This document shows, piece by piece, positions 41,128 through 51,819 of a stretch of 64,000 nucleotides of DNA; the stretch's first letter is position 1; every line of letters begins with the position of its first letter. Position numbers and translations under genes: made by a program. This DNA comes from Ramazzottius varieornatus (taxonomy: Eukaryota > Animalia > Tardigrada). The notes under the pieces are model-generated. The model was not told the origin of the DNA and ran no database searches. It saw only the letters and a program-made list of their open reading frames with translations. The stretch is taken from assembly GCA_001949185.1 (NCBI GenBank), contig BDGG01000003.1:3641158-3705157 (forward strand). The letters run 5' to 3'.

Positions 41128-43258
41128 TCACTCGCTTTCCATTTTCCGTCCTTCGATCTGATACTTCTTCAGCTTATACTTTCTCTTATTCCTGTAGAAA
41201 TAAAAAGCGCGGAATTACTCCACACGTCCACAGTTAACGTACAGGAGACTCAACGAAGAGCATGAAGTACTCTCCTTTCAAAAAACCACTCACTTTTGTC
41301 GCTTTCTTGGTTCCAAAATGTTTCGTTTCTGCAGACTTTTGAAGCGGTCCAGAAGAATGGATCCTTCCGGCTATTGCAACACGTAAACGGATTCATCCAG
41401 GTAAGACCATCGTATCATCACTCACTTCAGGGCGTTTAGCCAGCTCGTACCTTTAATAATCTAAGGTTATCCTCCATCTCGTCTTTCATCTTCACATCAA
41501 TCGTTTCTGGTTCGTACCTGACACGAGTAATTTCAAAGAGTCAATTTCCGCTGAACAGGTATCGAAAAAGATGCCGTACCTTAGTCTACCCAGTTTCTTT
41601 ATCCTCATTGGATCCTCTCGTTTCAGCTTTCGCGCAAGCTGTTTCTTGGACTTCTCCACCGCGTCCGCTTTTATTTCCTTTAGCAGTTTCTTCGCACTAG
41701 AACAGAACTCATTTTGCGCACTGCTGATGATAAAGAAGATTCTTTCTTACCTAAAAACCTCATTCTGCCAAATTTTCTTTTCCTTGGCGAGCTGTAGTTC
41801 TTTGGTCTACCACATAGTACAATGAGGATCAAGAACGTTCAGTGCGCGTATAAAAAGACACGCACCTTTGCTTTCTCAGCTTCAATCCTTCTCTTCACTT
41901 TTCCCGTCTTCCTGTCCTTCGATCCGCCATTAGACAGTTTCACCTCCTCCAGTTCTTCGACATCAGGTTCTTCCTTGATCAACTTGTCTTCCTCTGTCCG
42001 AGTGTCAAGGCCGGGAAGTCCTTGCTCCATTTCCGACATCCACACTTCGGCGGCAGTCTTGTTTCCGGCCTTTACTTGTTTATTGAAGACTGCAAGTTTA
42101 GTCTCCTCGGCTACGATACGAGCAGCAGCGGCAGCTGCAGTTGCCACCAGTTTCTACAAAGCAAAAGTTTCTATCAATGCGGAGCCCTAATAGCACTAAG
42201 AGAACTTGGAGACTGTGAGATTGTGAAGTACCTCGTAGTCTTCCGTCGAGGGGTTATACGAGCTTCCCGGATGAGGAAGTTCGACCGGAGGTAAACCACG
42301 GATGACTTTCTTGCGAAGACTCGGTGGAAGGCGAGAAGGTGCCGTGATGGGTGTTTGATTCTGCTCGATGGAATCGGGCTTGGCGGCTGAAAAGTAAGAC
42401 TTCGTGATTTATGAACCATAAGACCAACGAGCCAACGATGAACTAAGTGCTCAGTCCTCCATTAATTTTACCTGTTGACGAGGTTGCCCAGATGTCCCGA
42501 TTGAAGAATGGGTCTCTGCGGGCGGTCTTTACCGAGAGGGAGCTTACCGCAGGGACCGTGGTGGTAACTTCCGGGACCTGTAGTTGTTTCCGAGATTTCT
42601 TCTGTGTCTTATTGGCAATATCCTTCTTTATCTGTGTCGACCGAGAAGCAAGAGATTTCTGAAGGTGTGGTTTCCTGCGTGAGAGCAGAATGGTATTCGT
42701 ATCCACAACGAACTCAGTTAACAAACCTAACTCAAGCAATTACCATTTCAAACTGTAACACTTATCCACATACCTCAGCTCAGTTTCCCGGTCTCCGGAC
42801 AGATTCTTGTAGCACTTTAGATCTTTCCAGACCGAAGAATCTGTAAACAGGAGTGATTGGTCAAGGACCTAGGTCCGACGAGAACCATCAGAATATCCCA
42901 TAGGAAAGCGTACGGTCAGTTATGTCCACCGCAGAAGGAATAATGGGTTTCTTTTCTGCGGTCTGAGCTAGTTTTTGAGGTGTACTGTCCACAGTGAAGA
43001 TTTCTTCGTCGGCCTTTTCGTACAGTGGCCCACTGCAAAGTACCCGAAATGAATAAGTTAACGTATAGATGAGCAAGTTAGCATTTTGAAAAGCATACAA
43101 GCAAGTTAGCAGAGTATTTACCCGAGCCGCTCGTCTTCCCGTTGATCATCCATAGACTTCTCGACGTCTGCTACATTGCTGAACTTCCTCCAGGCCTTCT
43201 TCCCCCGATTCTTACTTAGACGTGGTTTGCGGAGGTTAGTGGCTGACCCGATATCCAT
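41128..43258 (-). CDS. NOP53: Ribosome biogenesis protein NOP53 (GLTSCR2)
   Basis: KKAWRKFSNV, EEIFTVDS, AFHRVFA-region SYNP motif and LRLLK|PEGSILLDRFKSLQKRNILEPR. Confidence 0.88.
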
Positions 43259-44234
43259 GTTCGCAGAACGGAAATCAAAGATAGACTAGAGTTCCGGAGA
43301 AGTCCAACAACGCCGAGATAAGCTGGGTCGTCACTACAGGGCTGACTGTGGACCACCCAATCTAACTCTGGTCACAATCTAATAACAGCAACCAGAGGAC
43401 AATCGAGATTCGAGATCTCGGAAGAATTTTGGATGAGGGACGACGAGATCGGCGATAAGATTATTAATGCGCAAAACCGGAAGTGATGATTGATGAACGT
43501 GGATTACGAAATCTCAGCCAGTTAACGCATGTTCGTATATATGTACCATTACCATATCATAAGCGAAAGATGGTCTGATTGATCGATCGATTAACTGCAT
43601 CCGGCTCGTGAGAATCGCAATCTCGTTTGTCAACATTCAAGTTTCGATAGTTGAAAAAATATGGAATTGGATTATTGGAAAGTCGATATCTTTTGGAAGT
43701 TCGAACTTTGGAATTCTCATCCTACAAGCCACAGCCCTCTGAACCTGTCACCTGTAGATCAGATCCACCCGTGCATGGAACCACGCCCGAGGAGGGCACC
43801 AGGTGTATGAGTGAGAGCGCCAAGCTTTTGCACCGCACTGGACGACACCCGGAATCTGGACTTTATTTATCTTGTCCCACTTCCCATCATCCCACATGTC
43901 ACAGTCGATCGGATAACACCGCGTCGACGGCATTGTCGGCTTATCGTTAAGATCTGTCGCACAAGTATTTCGCCTCATTTTTGAAGCCTCCCGTCGCGCC
44001 ATCAGGGCTGGAGCGAAAGAGGAAACTGCAGGTTTGGAACTGTTGTTCGCACTTCGCAGATATTCACATTCTTGGTGACTTGATGACGGATTCGTTCGTC
44101 TCTCTTTTGCCGTAGCAGGGAATATAACTTTTGGAAGCCATACGAATCGAGCACCGGAAGCTAGCGACGGCAAAGCATCAGCATCGCGGATAGACCGCTC
44201 TTCGAGACTTCGTGGTCTCCTGCGTAATTTCATC

Positions 44235-44699
44235 ATGGTCAGTCTTGCTGTAGTGCGATTGATCTTCATCGTGGGTACTTGTGTCTTGGTACATTCCGCC
44301 GTCTCAGCTGCCCAGCATCGATCATTCCAGAGGATAAATCGTCAAGTACGAGAAGCGGGCAGTGTGGACGCCACTACACTCGAGATGAAGTTACCCTTTG
44401 ACATCATGTTAGAAACCGTGATCAGCGCTGTTATAGTCTTATGGTCCTTCGTTCAGATGACTGTCAAGCTGAAGAATATCCGCCCGGAAGCCGAGTACGA
44501 GAAGCGCACTGTGGAGTCGCTAGATTTTCGCCCTTCCTTCATGGTCTTCGGTCAGAAGCAGTCGCTGTACAAGCTGCGGTTACTCGATCAGAAGACGCGC
44601 CTGACGACGGAAACGCCTTTTCCGATAGAAGAATCCACGTCTGAGCAAACATCGCCGCTCGTAGAAGACGACCTGGAAATGACTTCAATCAAAGACTAA
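44235..44699 (+). CDS. EMC5: ER membrane complex subunit 5 / MMgT
   Basis: LVHSAVSAAQHR, LPFDIMLET and LDFRPSFMVF. Confidence 0.9.
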   Translation: MVSLAVVRLIFIVGTCVLVHSAVSAAQHRSFQRINRQVREAGSVDATTLEMKLPFDIMLETVISAVIVLWSFVQMTVKLKNIRPEAEYEKRTVESLDFRPSFMVFGQKQSLYKLRLLDQKTRLTTETPFPIEESTSEQTSPLVEDDLEMTSIKD

Positions 44700-45227
44700 A
44701 GTGCCAATTACTTCTTTTTGTTGCCGACCGATCACTTGTAACTTTGTACCGGTCGATGTTTCCCATGTTCCGCTAGTATCTATCCTGACTAAACGAATAA
44801 TCATTCATCAATCACTTATACCAAAGAACTTCAATGTGAGCACTTCGGAAATTTGATACATGGATCAGTACAAAACACACTGTGGGAAACCAGGCACTAT
44901 GGCGACCGAAAAATTATTTCAAGCCATTCGAAGATACAGTAGATAACATAGAAAAAGCGAACTCTGAACAGAAAGCCGCTTTTGACATACCAAGTTCCAG
45001 TAAAAAAACTTGCATCGGTTGGTTAGCTTGGGTTAACATTCAAGTAACTTTCAGAATCGGAGCACTGTGAGGAAGTCAATCGTGAAAACTGGTAATAAAA
45101 CGTAAAACTCGACTTGGCCTGCCATGTTACAAATGAGAACCTGACTGGCACTTCGAGTCCGAGAGTGCAGTACCGCGTCGAACAAATGCTCGCATTTTTT
45201 GGTCGCACTGGATCTTTGGAAACTTCC

Positions 45228-46523
45228 TACATCTTCTCGTACTCGTTAACGTGTTCGCACGTCTTGCATTTCTTGCTATAGACATCCCGGTCTTCGTCGT
45301 ACTCTTCGTCCGCGTAATCATGTTGGTGAATGGAATGGATCTGCTTTCCCAATGAGCTTCGCGCGTTCATCCTTAATTCTACGAAATAAAACACGAGCAT
45401 TGGATCCTGCTACCAAATACTTCCGTGCATAACTCCATGACAACTCGAGCCTCAGAATATCATCCGTACCTTTGATCATCTTGTCAAATGTGCGCTTTTT
45501 GCTCTTGATCTTTTTCTCATCGCGCTTTTCTCGTTCAGCTTCAATGGCCTCTTCACTACCCCATACTTCCAGGGCTCTATCCTCAACCTGCAGATCGGAA
45601 CATATGCTTCATCGCCTGCTTATATGACTGCAGAAGTTAAGGCTGCTAATTGACAATTCGAGCACTTTATTCTAAGCACCTTACCTGGCATTTCAAATAC
45701 AGTTTCATCGTTCCCCAGTTCACATTGTGCGGGTTCTTCTTCGCGATACACTTCAGCGGCGGCTCACGCACGTCAAAATCGGGGTCTTTGAGGAAGTATT
45801 CATTCTTAGCGTCCGTTTTAGTGATCAACGAATGCTTTCCCTCGCGGTCTCTGCAGAACAGAACTCCTACGTAAAATAAGAGCGGAATTGTCGCATGAAT
45901 GATAATGGGATTTCCGTTGTACCTGCACTCATCGCAGACCTTGTAGCCGAACTGCTTCAAGAGCCACGAATCGTGAAAGCGACGTTCGCATTCTTCGCAT
46001 ACTGGCGAATCGTCATCCCCAGCGAAAAAACCTCCACCACCAGCACCCATACCACCACTGCAACATACAGAGTCGAGTTCTTTTAATTACTGTGAATATT
46101 CGCTGCGTCCGCGCAGAGGTCATCGTACAAGTGAAGTACAGCCCCGGTCCGGTTTCACGGATTGCGCAACACCCTACGGGGGTGCATCGTCACGTACGTG
46201 TACGTACTGCGAAAACGCAGCGAATATTTACAGTATGTAATTCGTATAGCAAACGTGGTGAATCGGACAGAGCGATCTTACTTTAGAGAGTGCACTACAG
46301 GTTCGCTAGCCGATTCTTCCGTCAACTCAAACTTGATGGTCAAAGGCAACGGTTGCTCTGCAGTCTTGCTAGTTATCGCGGCGGATTCAGCACTTGGCTC
46401 CATATATACGCCATCGTCAGCTTTCTCAGGCTCCTCTTCATCTCCCCAGTCCGGCCACTCATTCACGTCGTCTCCGAATTCCTCGTCCTTCGGTACTACG
46501 GGCTTCTTCTGAAGGTTTGCCAT
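45228..46523 (-). CDS. XPA: DNA repair protein XPA
   Basis: GGGGFF (ERCC1-binding), zinc finger [40 protein letters not shown] and C-terminal [13 protein letters not shown]. Confidence 0.96.
46090..46233 (+). mobile_element. 144-bp MITE copy 1 (in XPA intron 1)
   Basis: TIR CTGTRAATATTCGCTGCGT with TA on both flanks. A near-identical inverted copy lies at 47360-47503. Confidence 0.92.
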
Positions 46524-47216
46524 TGCTAATCGAGTGCAGTTGCTGCAACACTTTCCACGTTCGGAGCTCAGGAACCATATGCAAGGAGATATGGACTAGA
46601 GAGGAATAAAATTAATCCAGCTAACAAAGTAAACATACGGTGGAAATTTTTAGGTGCCGCGTTAATTTGCAACTTTGCGATCTCGTTTAACAGCTCTTAT
46701 TACATCACAATGACGTCAGCGGTAGTTTACCCGGCTTAAATTACGGGGTTAATTTGACGATAGGTCCAGCACTGACGTAACAACAGCGGTCGATGAGGAC
46801 GATGACCAGTGTCCGCAAGGTTTGAATGCCGAACTCCGATGCTTCTCACGAAGATTGTTCCGGTGAATCTTCTCCTCTCCCGTGATCCTTTCTCGTGAGC
46901 TTACATGTTCTGATTTACAGATATCTTCTTGTAATTTCTAGCAATGGCTTAGAATAACCAGCAGATCCCACGTAAACCCCGTGTTCCTTCTCGAAGGTGG
47001 CATCCAGCGAATCGGCCTAATCAGCCGAATGCTCCGCCACCTTCCCCGGTGGACTTCCTTCACGATGAAATCGAACGACGTAACTTGAAGTCAGCCATAT
47101 CTAAATGCGTGGTATAAAGCTAGGGGGACTTAATGCTGGATCTCTGTGGGCAATTATCGTGGGATCGGCGCTCACCGCCGGGACCGTAGTGGTAACTTCT
47201 GGGACATGTACTTTAA

Positions 47217-47313
47217 AGTGCCGATCATCTGGCTCGGGCAATCAGCGAGCGCGTTGCTTGATTGGCAATCCACTCACCCAACTTTTGATTAACTGAGCCA
47301 AATGATCGGCACT
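47217..47313. mobile_element. 97-bp MITE with TTAA flanks and AG..CT termini (Kolobok-like)
   Basis: TTAA-AGTGCCGATCATCTGGCTC...GAGCCAAATGATCGGCACT-TTAA. Confidence 0.75.
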
Positions 47314-47359
47314 TTAAACTAGTCGTTTCCGAGCTTTCTTCTGCGTCTTGTTAGCAATA

Positions 47360-47503
47360 CTGTAAATATTCGCTGCGTTTGCGCAGTACGTACACGTACG
47401 TGACGATGCACCCCCGTAGGGTGTTGCGCAATCCGTGAAACCGGACCGGGGCTGTACTTCACTTGTACGATGACCTCTGCGCGGACGCAGCGAATATTCA
47501 CAG
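47360..47503 (-). mobile_element. 144-bp MITE copy 2
   Basis: Reverse complement of 46090-46233 with one substitution seen. It is inserted at the TA of the NOP53-derived sequence. Confidence 0.92.
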
Positions 47504-48261
47504 TATCTCGTTTGATCTGCGTCGACCGAGAAGCAAGGATTTCTGAAGGTGTGGTTTCCTACATGAGAACAGAATGGGGATTCGTAATGATAACGAACTC
47601 AGTTAACTATAGCCGCCATTCCAACAGTAATATTAATCCACATACCGCCACTTAGTTTCACTTGTGTTCACGGTCTCCGGACAGGTTGTTGTAGTACTTC
47701 AGGAGTTCAGGTCTTTCCAGATCGAAAATTCTGTAACAGAGATGGCGTACACCTTATTCAAAGAAGCAGACCACAACTAAGGCGTATTCTTGTTTTGCAG
47801 TTTGAGCGTCAACAGCTGCTGTTAAATGAGCAAGGTGCCGCCATTCATCATCAGCAACAGACCCATCAAGACGATTACCGCGAAATATGGACCATGTTCC
47901 ACCATATCCGCCACTTCATCAGAGACGTCGACCATACCTCGGATATTTTTGAACGTCGAGTCCTCGGAGAGATTCCACCGTACGTATACTGCAGAATTTC
48001 AACTTTCTGTCTCCATCTGGCGATTGCTACTTCCTCTTTACTTACCTAATTACTTACTTACTTACTCCTTTCATTCAGTGGGCCTTCTCTTCCATGGTTG
48101 GTTCAACCTGCCGTCCGGATGACATTCTCCGGTGAAAGAGTCTCTTTAATACAGTATTCATCCATTTATATAGTTTACTTATAACCATGCATAAGTGCCA
48201 TCTTTGTCAGAGACCCGGTGAATAAATACATTTTGCTGTCAAGACAATTTCCTTGTAAAGA

Positions 48262-48385
48262 CTATACAACGTCAACCAAGAATAGTAGATAACACTCCAT
48301 GCCATCATTGCAATTAGAGAAATGATGTAACTCTGCTTGGCCACCACGCGGGTCAGGTACTGAAGAACCATCCTCACACGGTACT
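48262..48385 (-). pseudogene. Piezo mechanosensitive channel gene fragment
   Basis: VAKQSYIISLIAMMAWSVIYYSWLTL matches the conserved Piezo segment QSYxxALIAMMxWSITYHSWLTF. No flanking Piezo exons are visible. Confidence 0.7.
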
Positions 48386-48684
48386 TGTGCAGTGAGGATT
48401 CGGAGTGCGGAGACGGTGGTTCGATCGTGACGGTTCCTTGTAGTGCGCTGTTGGTAACTGGACCTGGTTGGGATGGAGTAACTACGAAGACAGAAGAGTG
48501 GCAGTCCAATGTTATGGTCGTTGTGAGAGTAACTCCCAAGTGGTGTTGCAAAATTAAACGTTTGCCATACCAGGGGCAAGACGTCCGAGGAACAGGTCAC
48601 CTAGTCGGTAAACTCCATTCCTGTCAGAACCAAGGTTGATTCGCGAAAGGCAAGCGATGCGGACGATGGGCGTAAAAAAAGCTT

Positions 48685-49500
48685 TGTGACGCGAGTGGTT
48701 CGGGAACGTTGGGTGACCACAGGCTGACTGTTCCGTTACTGTAGCCCAAACGCATGACGGCATTGCTTAGGTTCTTCTTCATCACCGCTAGTCGGCCGTT
48801 CTTCGTATTGAACTGGGAAACCATCTGTCCGACGGAGATGTCCAACCAGGACAAGTAACCTCTTTCACTTCCTGCAGAAAGGAGTCAAGTCAACACTCAT
48901 GTGTGTCGGCGGCAACGAGCGTGAGTCAGCCATATCAAACTCGAACCGGTCGCTGACGTCATCCGGGCCGAAATTATAGGGTGGCCAATATACTCTTCAT
49001 GGCCACTTCACGGCTACCTTTGAATGTGTTATCCGGATATATTCTGCAGGCATTCAAGGAGAACTAAAGTACGTTGGCTGTGTTCAAAGCTTACCGGTAG
49101 CTAACAAGAAATGGTAGGGAAGGAAGTCCATCGTCAGGACTTGGAATAGCTTCTTGATGCAGTGAAGTTCGACTCCTTTGCTGTCGTAGATGTTGACCCA
49201 TTGCTTCTGACCCAGTGCCATCATCGTCTCCTGATGAAGCCACTGTCCACATGCTATGCTTTCCTGGACGTGAAACTCACACATCAGCTTCTTCGTTATC
49301 CAGTCCATGGTGGCTACATGTCCCTGTTTGCCAAATAGCATCAAATGTCGACCATTGCGAGTATACTGGAATCCATACGGACCAAAGTCGTTCAGCTGCA
49401 GGTCAAAATTCTTGGCTTGACTTTGTATATCCACGGTCTTCGCTAGGTCTTTCTGCGTAACGCGAGCTGTGTCTTCTAAGGCATCTTCAGCTTCAAAGAA
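48685..49500 (-). pseudogene. WDR46: WDR46/UTP7 internal fragment (two exons, no N- or C-terminal part)
   Basis: FDLQLNDFGPY..YTRNGRHL..GHVATMDW, FLPYHFLLAT|[14 protein letters not shown] and [15 protein letters not shown], after which similarity stops. Confidence 0.8.
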
Positions 49501-50530
49501 GTTTGAAGCTTTGGCATGGAGTCTTTCTATACGAGCAGATTGACGTTTACTGAATAAGCGCGCTAGTATTTGTTTGAGAGAAACTATAGACGAGAAAGCG
49601 ACTGTGGCCGATAAGTAACTTATAAAAACAGAAGGATCAGCGTTCTTACATTTGCACTAAGTGATTATTAGAGTTCCTCTTACCGTCGCATCCGACATCT
49701 GGGCTTGAACGTCAAGTTTTCCAGTATCTCCCCTAGCAAACAATCTGTAATGTCTTTCAGTCCATGAGGATATATAGGCGATCCCGATGGCACGTCCATG
49801 TGTCCACAAATAGACGATATTACATCAACCTTGCAGTATCGGCAGGTATCTCCTTCACTGGCTTTGCAACCCCGTGGCGATTATTCTGAGCAGTGTTCCT
49901 GACTTCCTGTATGACCTTCGGTACCACTAAACGTACCAGGATCCAGGAACCTTATAACTTAGCATGCAAAATTTCAAATGCACTGGTGTACACTGATGAG
50001 CTGTTGTACCTCGCCTTGCCGGAATGGAAAAACAAACGTTAAGCGGTTAATTGATTGCGTCAAACGAATATCTAGGCGGAGCAAATGTTCTTTATGTCGT
50101 CGACCAAACAACCAAAGCAGAAGAAAACTGTAGCGCCAATATGCGGCAGCTCGACTGGTTCCACAGACAAAGTAAACAGAAAAGAAGAAAAGCTCTGAAA
50201 CGTGAGCATATGTCATCCGCGATGCGGATTAGAGGATTTCTGCAGTTGACGATTCATAGATATATAGCAAGATCGTGACTGATTCTCCGATGTTCGGCGT
50301 AAGTGCCGATGGGTACTCTTTACCTACCTACGGAGGCTGCTGAGTCGGCCCGCATCTTGGCACGCCGTTGCTGACAGACGGCAAAGCACCATAGTGCGTG
50401 CTATGGCGAAGCAGCCAGCTGTTCGGACGCACTCTGGAAGTACTGCAGCTCTACAGCGTTTCTCCCTCGACGAATTCTGTCTTATGAAGAGCAGATTTTG
50501 TATGGAAACAAAACTCGCGCGCAACTGTTA

Positions 50531-51710
50531 ATGGCACCTGTCCGTGATCAAGTCCTGTTCAGGCTGGCTAGCACGCTTTGCCAACTCTCTGCTCGATCAT
50601 GCTCGAACCTACCGTCTCGTCGTGCATGCTTATCAACCGCCGCTCTGCCCGTCAGGCCATCGGTAACTCAACCACTTCGAGCTTCCGAAACGGTTATGAA
50701 TGTCTTTGACAGGAAGGCGAAGGAGCTCCAACGCGACCGTGCGGCAGCACAAGAAGACGTCGGAGTGTATGACTACCTTCGTTCCGAAGCGGGCTACCGT
50801 CTCGCTGATCGCATCAAAGATGTCAGTCGAAAGTTCGACAAAGCTCTGGACATTGGCTGCGGACGAGGTCAAGTAGCCGAACACATCTACTGCGACATGG
50901 TGGGGAGACTCTACCAAACCGAATTGTCGAAAGGCTTTCTGGATCAGAGTAAAAGCAGCCCGGAAGCCGAAACAGTCAAGATGCATTTGGACGAAGAACT
51001 GCCTTTACCTTTTGAGGACAACGAGATGGACTTGGTCGTGTCGAGCCTGAACCTCCATTGGGTTAATAATCTACCTGGCTTGCTACAGCAGATACATCGG
51101 ATATTGAAACCCGATGGGTGCTTCATAGCTGCAATGTTTGGTGGGGAAACGCTGTTCGAGCTAAGATGTTCTTTACAGCTGGCGGAAACAGAACGCGAAG
51201 GAGGGTTCGCGCCACACATCAGTCCTTTCACCTCCATAAGGGATGTGGGTAACTTGTTGAACCGCGCCGGGTTTAACTTGTTAACGATCGATGTGGATAC
51301 GATCGTTGTGTCGTACCCGACAATGTTCGAGCTCATGTGGGACTTGAAAGGCATGGCGGAGAACAACGCTGCGTGGTCACGGAAGGTGCGTAAATTCGCC
51401 ACTAAGAACCCTAGGCGTTGGTCTGTAAAGGGCTCGTTTTGTCTAGGTACATCTTCATCGGGATTCGCTTCTGGCCGCTGCGTCTATCTACCGAGAAAGC
51501 TACGGTAACAAAGACGGAAGTGTACCAGCAACTTTTGAAATACTTTTTATGATCGGCTGGAAGCCTCACAGTTCGCAGGCACCACCGGCTGAAAGAGGTT
51601 CGGGGGAATTCTCCTTGAAAGACCTGAAAAATCTTCCAGCATTGACGAAAAAGAAGCCTGTCCCGGTTATTCAGTCTGATAAGCAAGACCAGCTGTCGAA
51701 AACAAAGTAA
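50531..51710 (+). CDS. NDUFAF5: Mitochondrial complex I assembly factor NDUFAF5
   Basis: [56 protein letters not shown] and [16 protein letters not shown]. Confidence 0.96.
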
Positions 51711-51819
51711 TACGTGAGAGTTCTCGTAGGAGCTATTTACTGTACATTTTATCCTTATGAGTTCTAAGTGTTGACCCTCGAGTAAAAACACTAATTACCG
51801 AAGCGCCAAGCAGAGTAAA

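Larger units (their letters stand above)
47135..47735 (-). pseudogene. Diverged partial duplicate of NOP53 (matches about 42505-42846, including an intron), interrupted by two MITEs
   Basis: GTCGACCGAGAAGCAAG.GATTTCTGAAGGTGTGGTTTCCT, GGGACCGT.GTGGTAACTTC and GGTCTCCGGACAG are shared with the intact gene. Confidence 0.85.
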
